Position numbers and translations under genes: made by a program | Part shown: positions 39,822 through 49,700 of the stretch, in pieces | Layout: the number at the start of each line of letters is the position of its first letter | Numbering within the stretch: position 1 is the first letter of the stretch | From: Dehalococcoidia bacterium | GTDB lineage: Bacteria > Chloroflexota > Dehalococcoidia > Lucifugimonadales > UBA3495 | Reading direction: 5' to 3' | Assembly (NCBI GenBank): GCA_030740155.1 | Contig: JASLXV010000059.1 | Span: 1-57,526, forward strand | DNA length: 57,526 bases | Notes under the pieces: model-generated | What the model was told of the DNA's origin: nothing | The model's database searches: none | The model's input: only the letters and a program-made list of their open reading frames with translations

Positions 39822-40012
39822 GGCGCCCCCCCTTTTGCAGTCTGGTTGTCCGTCAAAAGAACTCACCTGATGCCGTCTTTCACCCGGCAGAAGGGTCCCT
39901 GACGGGCGTGAGGTCCAGCTCCAGGCACTTGCCGAGGTTCCCCGCGGGCGGAAAGGGACCGGAGCCGGGTGGTGGCGTTGCTAAGAGGGCGGCAGGCCGA
40001 ATCGGCGGGTGG

Positions 40013-40459
40013 CTACGAGGCCTCTTCGTCCGGCTCCGAGTACTCGAGACGGCGCAGCCGCGGATAGACCAGCTCTTTGGGGCGCTCCAGGTCTTCGTCC
40101 GAGATGTCGGCGGACTCCTGTACCGGCCGGCAGCCCCATTTCTCGATTGCCTTCTGGACCAGTAACCGGACCACCTGAGGTGACCGGCCTTCAAGCCGGC
40201 CCAACTGGTAAGCAAGGGTGACCGCCAGTTGGCTCCGGGCGATCTGGTCGAAGGCCGCAGGGTCGGTCAGGTCTTCGGGCATGTCCCCGCACTGCTCCAG
40301 AAAGTCGTCGAGCACCTGGCCGATGACGTCCGGCAGGTTGGCCAGTTCAATCTCCACCATGTACCCGGTGAGGGTGTCGGCCAGTTCTATTATGCCCTCG
40401 TCCGGCAAAACCTGGCCGTGGAGGTTTACGTGCCTGGCGTCAGTCTGGTCATCGGCCAT
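40013..40459 (-). CDS. Hypothetical acidic protein
   Basis: 148-aa ORF with RBS ggag and typical GC3 codon bias. Confidence 0.7.
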   Translation of the reverse strand: MADDQTDARHVNLHGQVLPDEGIIELADTLTGYMVEIELANLPDVIGQVLDDFLEQCGDMPEDLTDPAAFDQIARSQLAVTLAYQLGRLEGRSPQVVRLLVQKAIEKWGCRPVQESADISDEDLERPKELVYPRLRRLEYSEPDEEAS

Positions 40460-40622
40460 TTACCGTTGTCTCCCTGTCCAGCAAACTGAAGCTGACTCGA
40501 ATCCGAAATACAAGCCAGCGATTATTTTAACACGGCTGCTCAAGGGTGGAAGGCCGGCGGTGGGATGGAATAAAGGGATGCGAAACCAGGCTATTTCTTT
40601 AACCTTCGCGCCTGAGGCTCGA

Positions 40623-41324
40623 TCAGCTACCGATGGCGACGGTGGTCAGCCCCTGGACGACTGGCCCGATGATGCCCCAGAGGACTCCCACGCCGAAAGC
40701 GTAGTCGAGCATGACCAGCATTACCAGGAGCGCCGGGCCCTGTCGCTGAAACCGGGCGTAGGCCACCGCCCGGTCGGCGGGTATCAGGCCGGCCAGCACC
40801 TTGGAGCCGTCTAGAGGGGCCAGCGGTATCACGTTGAATACGGCCAGGAGCAAATTGAAGAAAATAACCAGCCCCAGGATATCCGCCAGGCCCTCCCGGA
40901 AGCCGCCGGTCATCACGTGGGTGATCCGGTGCAGGGCGGGATGAGTCGAGCCGAGCAGGCCGAGTTTGATGGGCAGAGCCAGCATAAACGCGAGCACCAG
41001 GTTGGACAACGGCCCCGCGGCGGCCACGAGGGCGTTCCCCGTCTTACCGTGGGCCAGACGGCCCGGATCGACTGGAACCGGCTTGCCCCAGCCGAACCCC
41101 GCCACCAGCAGCATCATCGTGCCGCCCGGGTCCAGGTGCCGGAGGGGGTTGAGACTGACGCGCCCCAGCCGCTTCGCTGTGCTGTCGCCCAGGCCGTTGG
41201 CCACCATGGCGTGGCTGAATTCGTGGACGGTGATGGCCACGATCAGGGAGAAGCTGACCAACACCGCCAGGCGCACGAAGCCGGCGGGGTCGTCGACGAT
41301 CAGCCGGTAAGAGCCGAGCAGCAT
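40623..41324 (-). CDS. Site-2 protease (M50) family protein
   Basis: HEFSH, LNPLRHLDP, GWGKPVP, AAGPLSN, FNVIPLAPLDG. Confidence 0.93.
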   Translation of the reverse strand: MLLGSYRLIVDDPAGFVRLAVLVSFSLIVAITVHEFSHAMVANGLGDSTAKRLGRVSLNPLRHLDPGGTMMLLVAGFGWGKPVPVDPGRLAHGKTGNALVAAAGPLSNLVLAFMLALPIKLGLLGSTHPALHRITHVMTGGFREGLADILGLVIFFNLLLAVFNVIPLAPLDGSKVLAGLIPADRAVAYARFQRQGPALLVMLVMLDYAFGVGVLWGIIGPVVQGLTTVAIGS

Positions 41325-41400
41325 TGGCGCTAGGGGCCGGCTGCCCGAGGCTCAGGGCCCCGGCGCCATCGCCGGGTCACGGCCGGTTGCCTTCCGGGCC

Positions 41401-42183
41401 TCATTCGTCCTCTTCGGGCGGTTCTTCCTCGTGCCCGGCCGCCGGTTCGGGGAAGAAGACGGAGCTGGGCAGAAGCGCGGCGGCCCGCCCCTTGGCCGGG
41501 GGACGCTGTTTGGGCATGTCCAGCAGCGCCGCCTTCAATTTGGCCAGGCTTTCGACGGCCACCGCACCCACATCGGCCACTAGGGCTTGGACCCCGACTT
41601 CGCGGATCGCCTCCAGGTCTTTGGCCCCCGGAAGCTGGGACACCCCCAGCAGCAGGTACTTGTCCACCCGCTGGCTAATCCCCGCGATGGTGGCCAGGTC
41701 CGCCAGGGTCCACGGCGCCGAAACCCCGGTCATGGACAGGAGCACCGCGTCGATGGGCAGGGCGTCTATGGCCCGTAATTGCTCGATTTCGATGCTGGGC
41801 TCGATGCAGAGGATCCGCGCCATGCCCTCGGACGCCAAGGCGGATATAGGCGTCCCCCCCAAGTTGAAGGCGAGCAGGTCGCTGCCCCCATCTTCATAGG
41901 TCCGGGCATCATCGTCGGTCAAAGAAGAAACACAGAGACCCCAGGGAATTGCCTCACCGAGCGACGAGCCTATTTCACTAAGTGGCGGCGACCCGCTGGC
42001 TAACGAGATCAGGGCGGCGTCTGGGGCCAGTCCGGCGAGGGCTCCCAGGCCGGCCGCGTAGTCGCCGGAAATCAGACCCACCAGGGCCATACCGGGTGTC
42101 TTTTGGGCGCGCGGCGCCCCAAATCCCATCGGAGCCGGCGCGCCAAGGCTGATCCGCTCTAAACGGTCTAGAAACTTGCTCAT
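41401..42183 (-). CDS. Hypothetical protein, possibly a degenerate HpcH/HpaI-like TIM barrel
   Basis: Alternating beta/alpha pattern, N-terminal PMGFG and an acidic tail. RBS aaggaa before ATG 42183. Confidence 0.6.
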   Translation of the reverse strand: MSKFLDRLERISLGAPAPMGFGAPRAQKTPGMALVGLISGDYAAGLGALAGLAPDAALISLASGSPPLSEIGSSLGEAIPWGLCVSSLTDDDARTYEDGGSDLLAFNLGGTPISALASEGMARILCIEPSIEIEQLRAIDALPIDAVLLSMTGVSAPWTLADLATIAGISQRVDKYLLLGVSQLPGAKDLEAIREVGVQALVADVGAVAVESLAKLKAALLDMPKQRPPAKGRAAALLPSSVFFPEPAAGHEEEPPEEDE

Positions 42184-42371
42184 CCATTCCTTCCACGTAT
42201 CAGATGTTGTATCTATTCGCGGCGTTCCATCCGTTCCCACCGCCGGTCTCCCGGAATTCTCCGGGCACCCCTCAAGGCCCCTGGCCGGCAGGTTGCTGGT
42301 AACGGGATGTCGTCACGGCTGATTATAAACCATGGAGACCGGTTTGTCGGCCCAGGCGGCCCGTGAGCCCG

Positions 42372-42440
42372 AGCCCTCACCCTCGGTCCCTCTCCCATTG
42401 GGAGAGGGATGCCCTGGCGCAGGCTGGGCTGGGTGAGGGC
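42372..42440. repeat. REP-like palindrome (ccctcaccc...cctctccc-att-gggagaggg...gggtgagggc)
   Basis: Nested inverted repeats in the divergent intergenic region. Confidence 0.6.
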
Positions 42441-42596
42441 GTCCCGCGGCGGGTTTCGGGCGTCGCTGGCCCATCATTCTAAGGAAACCGGTCAGGCCCA
42501 GGCGAAAACCAGCAGTACCCTCGGGTTACCTTCGTCAGATGGCCGTAGTACAATACGCTGGCCGGCAGGTCCGGCGACTTTAGCAGGCTGACTGGA

Positions 42597-43547
42597 GTGA
42601 ATATGACGGTCGAAGTCCGCAACCTATTGGCCAATCCGGAGACCATCCCCTTCTCCCGTTTGAAGTACCTGGCCCGAAATCCTGACGAGGACGTGGTCAA
42701 GTTCTTCAACGAGCTTTTCAACCTGGCGGCAGTGGCCAAGGATGAAGACGACTGGTCCCCCGTGGAGCAGTTCCTGGACCGGTGGGAAGACCTCCTGGTT
42801 TTGCGTCTCGAGCCACCGATGCGTTACGACAAAGCGCCCTGGGCCCCCTTCACCAAGCCGCTTTCCGAGGCCCGGATCGCCGTCCTGACCACCGGCGGCA
42901 TATACGTAGAGGGCCAAACCCCTTTCGACGTCAACGGTGACTGGAGCTTTCGGGAGATCCCCCTGGACTCCCCCGCCGGGGATTTCCGGGTGGCCCACAC
43001 CCACTACGACACCACCGGCGTCGCCGAGGACGTTGACGCCGTGCTGGCGATGCATCGCCTGGTGGAGCTGGAAGCCGAGGGGTTGATCGGCGAGGCCGTG
43101 AGCCCTGCCTACAGTTTCATGGGGTACATCCCCGATCCTTCCGGCCTCATCGAGGCTACGGCCCCGGAAGTGGGCGAGCGGTTGAAGGAGGCCAAGGTCG
43201 ACGGGGCCGTGATCGGCACCACTTGACCCCGGTGCCATCAGTCCGGCGGACTGATCGCCCGGGCCATCGAGGCAGCCGGCGTGCCCACCGTGGTGGTGAT
43301 GCTGGACCGGCGCAAGGCGGCAACCATGTCGGTCCCCCGAGGGTTGGTGCTCCGCTTCCCCTTCGGACGGCCCTTCGGCGCGCCGGGAAATCCGGACCAG
43401 CAGCGGGTGGTGCTGGAGGACGCCCTGGCGTTGCTCAGCTCGGCCCAGTTGCCGGGGGAGATACAGACCAAGCCCTATCGCTGGCGGCGTGAGGATTTCG
43501 GGCGGATTCTGGCGGAGCGGCGGGCGGCCCGGTCCGCGGGGAGCTAG
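42597..43547 (+). CDS. Selenoprotein of the D-proline/glycine reductase component B family (PrdB/GrdB-like), with UGA at 43224 read as Sec
   Basis: PLSEARIAVLTTGG, DWSFREIP and HTHYD are followed in frame by T-[UGA]-P-R-C-H-Q-S-G-G-L-I-A-R-A-I-E-A-A-G-V-P-T-V and PFGRPFGAPG. The two called ORFs are in the same frame. Confidence 0.9.
43227..43263 (+). promoter_or_regulatory. Bacterial SECIS-like hairpin
   Basis: Perfect stem atcagtcc-ggc-ggactgat (43237-43255) on a cccgg/ccggg base. The G-starting loop is 18 nt after the UGA. Confidence 0.8.
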
Positions 43548-43614
43548 TAGTCCGGTGGTGCGGCCGCCCCGCGTCTTACCCTTCACCCGAACAAAGTGAA
43601 GCGGAGGAAGGCCA

Positions 43615-45192
43615 ATGATTGACCTGCTGATCAAGAACGGGCTGATCGTCGACGGCACGGGCAGCCCCGGCTTCTACGGCGCGGCCGCCATAACCGGAGA
43701 CACGGTTCACATCCTGCGGGGAGACGTATCCGGCCTGGAGTCTGCCCGTACCATCGACGCCACCGGCAAGGTGGTCAGCCCCGGCTTTATCGATTTCCAC
43801 GCCCACTCCGCGCTGATGCCTCTGTGGGAACCACGGCACGAGCCGAAGGTGCGGCAGGGAATCACGACCGAGCTTATCGGGGTCGACGGAAACTCCTATG
43901 CCCCATTCAGCAGCGAGGAAGACCTCATCCAGTTCGCGGACCTGAACTCGGGGCTGGAGGGCAGCCTCCCTCTGCCCGGCCGGTGGTCCAGCGTCGCCGA
44001 GTACCTCGACCTGTTCGACGGGAAGGTTGCGGTCAACATCGCCTACATCATCGGTAACTCCGCCATCCGCATCGGCGCCATGGGCTGGAAGGATCGGCCG
44101 GCCTCTCCGGCCGATATACGGAGCATGCGGGCGATATTGCGAGAAGGAATGGAGGACGGGGCCTTCGGCATCTCCACCGGGCTGGACTACCCTCCCGGCT
44201 GCTATGCCGATACCGATGAGTTGGTTCAGCTCAGCGAAGAGGCGGCCCGGCTGGGAGGCATCTACCACACCCATCTCCGGAACACCCTGGGTGACCGGTT
44301 CCTTGATCCGATGCGGGAAGCGATCGAGATCGGACGGCGCTCCGGTATACCCTCTCACCTGACTCACCTGTACCAGCGGATTACCCATCCCGGAGGGGCT
44401 AGGAGGATGCTCCAGGTGGTGGAGGATGCCTATGATGAGGGTCTGGACGTGACGTTCGACACCTATCCTTACCTCCTCAGCAGCACCCGGGCCCTGATCG
44501 TCCTCCCTCTCTGGTGCCAGGAGGGCGGTCCCAAGCGGGTGAGGGAAGTCCTGGGCTCGGCCGAGGGCCGGGAACGGCTGCGCGCCGAGATGCGGCCCCG
44601 GGGCACCTCCTGGCACGACATGTGGTTGACCTACTTCAAACAGCCTGCCAACCACCGCTACGAGGGCTTGTCACTGGGCGAGATCGCCGAGGCGGCGGGC
44701 CAACACCCCGTGGACGTTCTCTGCGACTTTCTTCTGGAGGACGGCCTCCAGGTCTCCTACGTGACGCCCGGCGCCAACGGCCCCACCCTGCCCGAGTTCG
44801 TGACCCATCCGCTGTCCATGGTGGGCACCGATGGGGTGCTCGTGGGTGACTACCCAAGCCCCCGTACCTACGGCACCTTCCCGGCAATCCTCTCCGAGTA
44901 CGTCCGGGAGGAACGGTTGATGTCCCTGCCCTTCGCGATACGGAAGATGACCTCCTTCCCGGCCCAAAGGCTGGGACTGTCCGGCCGGGGGATTCTGCGC
45001 GACGGCTTCAAAGCGGACCTGGTGGTCTTCGACCTCGACACGGTCAGGTCACCGGCCACGCGGCGGGACCCCAAGCAGTTCCCGGTAGGGATCGATCACG
45101 TGATCATCAACGGCGCCCTAGTGATCGACGCCGGGTCCCACACCGGCGCCACTCCCGGTAGGGCCTTGCGGCGGGGACGCCCCGGCGGCTGA
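43615..45192 (+). CDS. N-acyl-D-amino-acid deacylase (D-aminoacylase) family amidohydrolase
   Basis: SPGFIDFHAHS, QGITTE, GAFGISTGLDY, THLR, DTYPY, GTDG, PRTYGTFP. Confidence 0.92.
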   Translation: MIDLLIKNGLIVDGTGSPGFYGAAAITGDTVHILRGDVSGLESARTIDATGKVVSPGFIDFHAHSALMPLWEPRHEPKVRQGITTELIGVDGNSYAPFSSEEDLIQFADLNSGLEGSLPLPGRWSSVAEYLDLFDGKVAVNIAYIIGNSAIRIGAMGWKDRPASPADIRSMRAILREGMEDGAFGISTGLDYPPGCYADTDELVQLSEEAARLGGIYHTHLRNTLGDRFLDPMREAIEIGRRSGIPSHLTHLYQRITHPGGARRMLQVVEDAYDEGLDVTFDTYPYLLSSTRALIVLPLWCQEGGPKRVREVLGSAEGRERLRAEMRPRGTSWHDMWLTYFKQPANHRYEGLSLGEIAEAAGQHPVDVLCDFLLEDGLQVSYVTPGANGPTLPEFVTHPLSMVGTDGVLVGDYPSPRTYGTFPAILSEYVREERLMSLPFAIRKMTSFPAQRLGLSGRGILRDGFKADLVVFDLDTVRSPATRRDPKQFPVGIDHVIINGALVIDAGSHTGATPGRALRRGRPGG

Positions 45193-45441
45193 ACCGGGCG
45201 GGTCCGCCAGGGGCTTCGCGCTTGCGATTTGTGGGGATCCGATCGTTGGAGCCCGCCGCCCGTCGCCGCGGGGGGACGATTTCGCGGGTTGGATGGCCCG
45301 GACGGACCGGCGAAAAGGGCGCGTTCAGACCGCACTGAAATACCTTTTCCCGCCACTCCGCGTCGCGCGATCCCTCGGTTACACGGTCTCCTAGGTGGTG
45401 GTACCCCCTTTTTGCGCACCATTTTCGAGTCCATGCAGGTG

Positions 45442-45470
45442 TTGCCAACGCGGCAAGAGGTGTTTATAAT
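45442..45470 (+). promoter_or_regulatory. Sigma70 promoter of the DUF1800-DUF1501 operon
   Basis: TTGCCA-17 bp-TATAAT. Confidence 0.75.
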
Positions 45471-45636
45471 GTGGTCGACCATTAAAGAATAATGGTTATT
45501 ATCAACAAGCCAAGGTGCAATAAAGCCGAAACTCCGTTGATCGGGCAATCTCCGGTTCACGTCTGTTTTCAGCAGCCCGGTTGATGGCGGAGCGGTTGCA
45601 CTGCGAAGGTTAATTCAAAGCGGAAGGAGGCGTCGC

Positions 45637-47037
45637 ATGTCACACAAAGACGATCTGGCCCTGATGGCCCACCTGATGCGCCGGGCAGGCTTCGGAGCGA
45701 CTCAGGAGGAACTCGAAGGGTATGTGGTCAAGGGGTATGAGGCCGTGGTTGATAACCTCATCGATCCCCCAGATGACCAGCCGGGCGGGAAAGCCTCGTT
45801 CATGTTGCGCTTTCACCCCGGTTGTTTGCTTCCCGGCGGCATCCCCACAATGGGTCAGGCCAGTTGGCTGTACAACATGATCAGTACCGAGCGCCCGCTG
45901 GAAGAGAAGATGGCCCTGTTCTGGCACCATGTTTTTGCCACCGGCAACGCCAAGGTGGACAACTGTGACCAGTTGCTGATCCAGCTCGACCTGTTCCGCC
46001 AGAACGGTATGGGCAACTATCGCGACATACTGGTCGATTTGGCCAAGGACCCGGCGATGCTTTTCTGGCTGGACAATAACGAGAATCACCGGGATGCGGT
46101 GAACGAAAACTGGGGCCGGGAGCTGCTGGAGCTGTTCTCCATGGGAGTCGCCAACTACACCGAAGTGGACGTGCGGGAAGCTTCCCGCGCTTTTACCGGA
46201 TGGACCGTTGGCAACAAACTTCCGCGCCTGCCTTACGGCCGCTTTCCCTGGAGTTTCGTGTACCGGGAGGAGGACCACGACGATACCGAGAAGACCTTCC
46301 TGGGACATACCGGCCGCCTCAACGGCGAGGACATAATCGACATCGTGGTCAAACAGCCGGCTACCGCCCGGTTCATTTGCCGCCACCTCTACAACTTCTT
46401 CGTCGCCGACGAGCCTCAGGTCCCCGCTTGGACCATTGAACCCGCCAACGATGAGGAGGCTCTCGAGGCGATGGTTTCCAGCTTCGTAGAGTCGGGCTAC
46501 GAGATGAAGGCCGTTCTCCGGACCATACTCACGTCCGACTTCTTCAAGAACGCCCGGTTCTCCAAGATCAAGAGCCCCGCGGAGGTTGTGGCTGGGACCT
46601 TGAAGCTGGTGGGCTCCTTCAAACTCCCCGAACCGGGGCTCGTGGCAGTCGCTTCCCAGCCGGGCTACATGGGCCAGTCGCTGCTCGACCCGCCCAGCGT
46701 CGAGGGCTGGCACACCGGGCCGGAGTGGATCAACAGCGGCTCATTGCTGGCCCGGGTCAACTTCGTGGCCGACCGGGTATCCGACCCCAACTTGCCTGGA
46801 ATAAAAAACATAATCAACAGCATGAAGGCCGCGGGGGTTTCCACCGCGGACGAGCTTCTTGATGCCGCCCTCGAAAGCATGGGGTACCTGGAACTCAGCC
46901 CCGAGACGAGAGAGCAACTCATCGGCTACGCCAAGACGACCGGCAACTTGGACTGGAATGACCAGGCCACCGCGGAAACTCGGGTCGGCGAGATGTTGGC
47001 CTTGATCGGCGCTACCACGGAATATCAATTCGGTTAA
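45637..47037 (+). CDS. DUF1800 family protein
   Basis: AHLMRRAGFG, LEEKMALFWHHVF, PAMLFWLDN, NENWGRELLELFSMG, RAFTGW, PPSVEGW. Confidence 0.92.
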   Translation: MSHKDDLALMAHLMRRAGFGATQEELEGYVVKGYEAVVDNLIDPPDDQPGGKASFMLRFHPGCLLPGGIPTMGQASWLYNMISTERPLEEKMALFWHHVFATGNAKVDNCDQLLIQLDLFRQNGMGNYRDILVDLAKDPAMLFWLDNNENHRDAVNENWGRELLELFSMGVANYTEVDVREASRAFTGWTVGNKLPRLPYGRFPWSFVYREEDHDDTEKTFLGHTGRLNGEDIIDIVVKQPATARFICRHLYNFFVADEPQVPAWTIEPANDEEALEAMVSSFVESGYEMKAVLRTILTSDFFKNARFSKIKSPAEVVAGTLKLVGSFKLPEPGLVAVASQPGYMGQSLLDPPSVEGWHTGPEWINSGSLLARVNFVADRVSDPNLPGIKNIINSMKAAGVSTADELLDAALESMGYLELSPETREQLIGYAKTTGNLDWNDQATAETRVGEMLALIGATTEYQFG

Positions 47038-47072
47038 CTCCCGGTGAAACCGGAGGAATGAGGAGATAGAAT

Positions 47073-48200
47073 ATGACCTCTACAAAGCGAGACCCGGTAA
47101 TCGTGATCTTGCAGCTTACCGGCGGCAACGACTACTTCAATACCGTCATACCGTACAACGACCCCCTCTATTACGACAACCGTCCGACCCTGGCCATTCC
47201 CCAGGAGCAGATGATCAAGGTCGATGATGAGATCGCCCTGAATCCCAACATGGGTCCCATCAAGGATCTGTATGACCAGGGGAAGGTGGCCATCATCCAC
47301 GGCATAGGCTATGCCAAGTCTCCCCGGTCCCATTTCCGCTCGATGGACATCTGGCACACCTGTGAGCCGGACTCGGTTGGTACCGAGGGTTGGGCCGGCC
47401 GCGTCACCCGAGAGTTGGACCCCGGTAAAGAGAATGTGCTTACCTCCATTAACTTCGGGCACGGGCTTCCCCGGGCGCTGACGGTCCCCGGCGTCCCCGT
47501 GGCCGCCATTGCCGACCTCAGCACCTACGGAGTGCTCACCAGCATCAATGACCAGGCGCAGCGGTCCAAGGCCCTGGACCTGTTCGCCCGGATGTACTCC
47601 CCGGCCATCGGCGCCGGCGCGGTGGGCGACTACCTGCGCAGCACCGGCATGGACGCCCTCAAGGGCGCCGACATCGTCAAGGTGGCGCCCGAGAGGTACT
47701 CCTCCAACGTGGAGTACCCTAGCACAGAGATCGGCGGTCACCTGCGCGACATCGCCCAAGTGTACTTGGCCGACCTGGGGACCCGGATCTTCTACACCCA
47801 GCAGCCCGGCTTCGACACCCATGCCGGGCAGGCGCCGATGCATCCGCAACTGTGGAAAGAGGTGTCCGAGGGTGTCACCGCTTTCTTCGACGATCTGCAC
47901 GAGCACGGCCGGGGCGACGATGTGGTCATGTACCTGTTCAGCGAGTTCGGCCGCCGTGTCCACGACAACGGGTCCGGCACGGACCACGGCGCCGCCGGCG
48001 TATCATTCGTCATCGGTGACCCGGTGAAGGGCGGCATGTACGGCGAGTACCCGTCCCGGAAGGCAGAGAACCTGGAGCAGGGTGACCTGGTCCCGAACTA
48101 CGACTTCCGCGGGGCCTACTCCACCATCATCGAAGACTGGCTCGGCCTGGACGCCAAGCCCATCGTCAACGGCAACTTCGAGAAGCTGTCCTTCCTGTAG
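47073..48200 (+). CDS. DUF1501 family protein
   Basis: QLTGGND, RSHFRSMDIW, GFDTH, SEFGRR, GTDHG. Confidence 0.92.
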   Translation: MTSTKRDPVIVILQLTGGNDYFNTVIPYNDPLYYDNRPTLAIPQEQMIKVDDEIALNPNMGPIKDLYDQGKVAIIHGIGYAKSPRSHFRSMDIWHTCEPDSVGTEGWAGRVTRELDPGKENVLTSINFGHGLPRALTVPGVPVAAIADLSTYGVLTSINDQAQRSKALDLFARMYSPAIGAGAVGDYLRSTGMDALKGADIVKVAPERYSSNVEYPSTEIGGHLRDIAQVYLADLGTRIFYTQQPGFDTHAGQAPMHPQLWKEVSEGVTAFFDDLHEHGRGDDVVMYLFSEFGRRVHDNGSGTDHGAAGVSFVIGDPVKGGMYGEYPSRKAENLEQGDLVPNYDFRGAYSTIIEDWLGLDAKPIVNGNFEKLSFL

Positions 48201-48446
48201 GTCAGCGCTCACACCGGTAGCGGCCCCATGCAGGGGCCGGTTACGGAAATGTTAGGCCGGCCGGAGGTTTCCCTCGCCGTGTTGCGGCGGGCAAGTCAAA
48301 GGCCCGTGGGAGCTGTGAGAACGGCCCGTTCGGGCAAGTTCGGAGCTTCCGGGGCAGCAGCCATCCGGGATGTTGACGGGTGTCGACAAAGGATCGCGGC
48401 ACGTGGCGGGGGAATCGGCCGGGAGATTACTCAAGGGGGATAGATC

Positions 48447-49472
48447 ATGGCACAGAATACTGTAGCCTCTGGGCGCGCCTGGATATACAGCCACAACGTG
48501 GGTCGTGGCGCAGCGGCGGGCAACGGGTTCCGATTGCCCGTCGGAGTCGCCGCAGCCAAGAACAATGTGCTGTTCGTGGCCAACCGGGGCCTCGCGGCTT
48601 CTGCCGGCGGCACGGTCGGGGTCCGGATCAGCAAGGTTACCTTGGACCACAAGTTCCTCGGTGAGTTCGGAGGGAACGGTGACAGCCCCGGGGAGTTCAC
48701 CTGGCTCACTTCCGTGGCCCTGGACCGGGCCGAGAATGTCTACACCACCGACGAATGGCTGGACCGAGTCACCGTCTTCGATAACGACGGAAAATTAATC
48801 AAGACTTGGGGCGAGTCGGGGGACGGTGAAGGGCAGCTTCGGGGACCTTCCGGCATGGTTTTCGACGCCGATGAAAACCTGCTCATCGTCAACGGCGGTA
48901 ACAGCCGCGTCCAGAAATTTACCAAGGACGGCAAGTACATCAGCGGATTCGGCAAGAAGGGCAGCGGCGAGGGCGAGCTGGACATGCCCTGGGGCATCAA
49001 TACCGACAAGGACGGCAACATATATGTCGCCGACTGGCTCAACAACCGGGTGCAGAAGTTTAGCCCCGATGGCGCATTCCTGCTCACCTTCGGCCAAGGC
49101 GGCAGCGGCCCCGGCTCCCTCGACCATCCCGCGGGGGTGGCGATCGACGGCGACGGAGACGTATACGTGGCCGACTCGGAGCACGAGCGGGTGGTCATCT
49201 ACGACCCCAGCGCCAAGCTCCTCGCCTACTTGACGGGAGACGCCGTCGAGGCGTCGCCGTGGGCCCAGATGTCCATCGACGCCAACCCGGACGTGGCGAA
49301 AGCCCGGAGGCGGGTCGATGATCTGGAGCAGCAGCAGCGGACCTTCCGGATTCCCACGAGTGTGGCCTTCGACCGCGAGAACAACCGCCTGATCGTCTGC
49401 GACACACAGCGGAGCCGGCTTCAGATTTACGAGAAGGACAACAGTTACCAGGACCCGCAGCTCAACCTGTAG
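48447..49472 (+). CDS. NHL-repeat six-bladed beta-propeller protein
   Basis: Repeated G..GE(F/L)..P.G...D..GN.YVAD..N.RVQKF. Confidence 0.92.
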   Translation: MAQNTVASGRAWIYSHNVGRGAAAGNGFRLPVGVAAAKNNVLFVANRGLAASAGGTVGVRISKVTLDHKFLGEFGGNGDSPGEFTWLTSVALDRAENVYTTDEWLDRVTVFDNDGKLIKTWGESGDGEGQLRGPSGMVFDADENLLIVNGGNSRVQKFTKDGKYISGFGKKGSGEGELDMPWGINTDKDGNIYVADWLNNRVQKFSPDGAFLLTFGQGGSGPGSLDHPAGVAIDGDGDVYVADSEHERVVIYDPSAKLLAYLTGDAVEASPWAQMSIDANPDVAKARRRVDDLEQQQRTFRIPTSVAFDRENNRLIVCDTQRSRLQIYEKDNSYQDPQLNL

Positions 49473-49501
49473 GGCAAACCCAGGCCCGCAACCGGTGCAG
49501 A

Positions 49502-49543
49502 AGACAACCGGCGTCCCGAAAAAGGACGCCGGTTGTCTGTTTT
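49502..49543 (+). terminator. Rho-independent terminator
   Basis: 15-bp perfect stem agacaaccggcgtcc/ggacgccggttgtct followed by gtttt. Confidence 0.8.
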
Positions 49544-49700
49544 GGCTGGGGAGAGCAGGACGGGCCGGCGTCAATTCTCGGATTCAAAGCCCTTTGGCTG
49601 GCGGCGTGGGTGAGCTGACCCCTCGGTCCCCGCTTTGTAAAGAGAAGATGTAGATGGCCTTGGCCGGCTATTTTCGTGGCCCCGGATAGCTGCGCCACGG

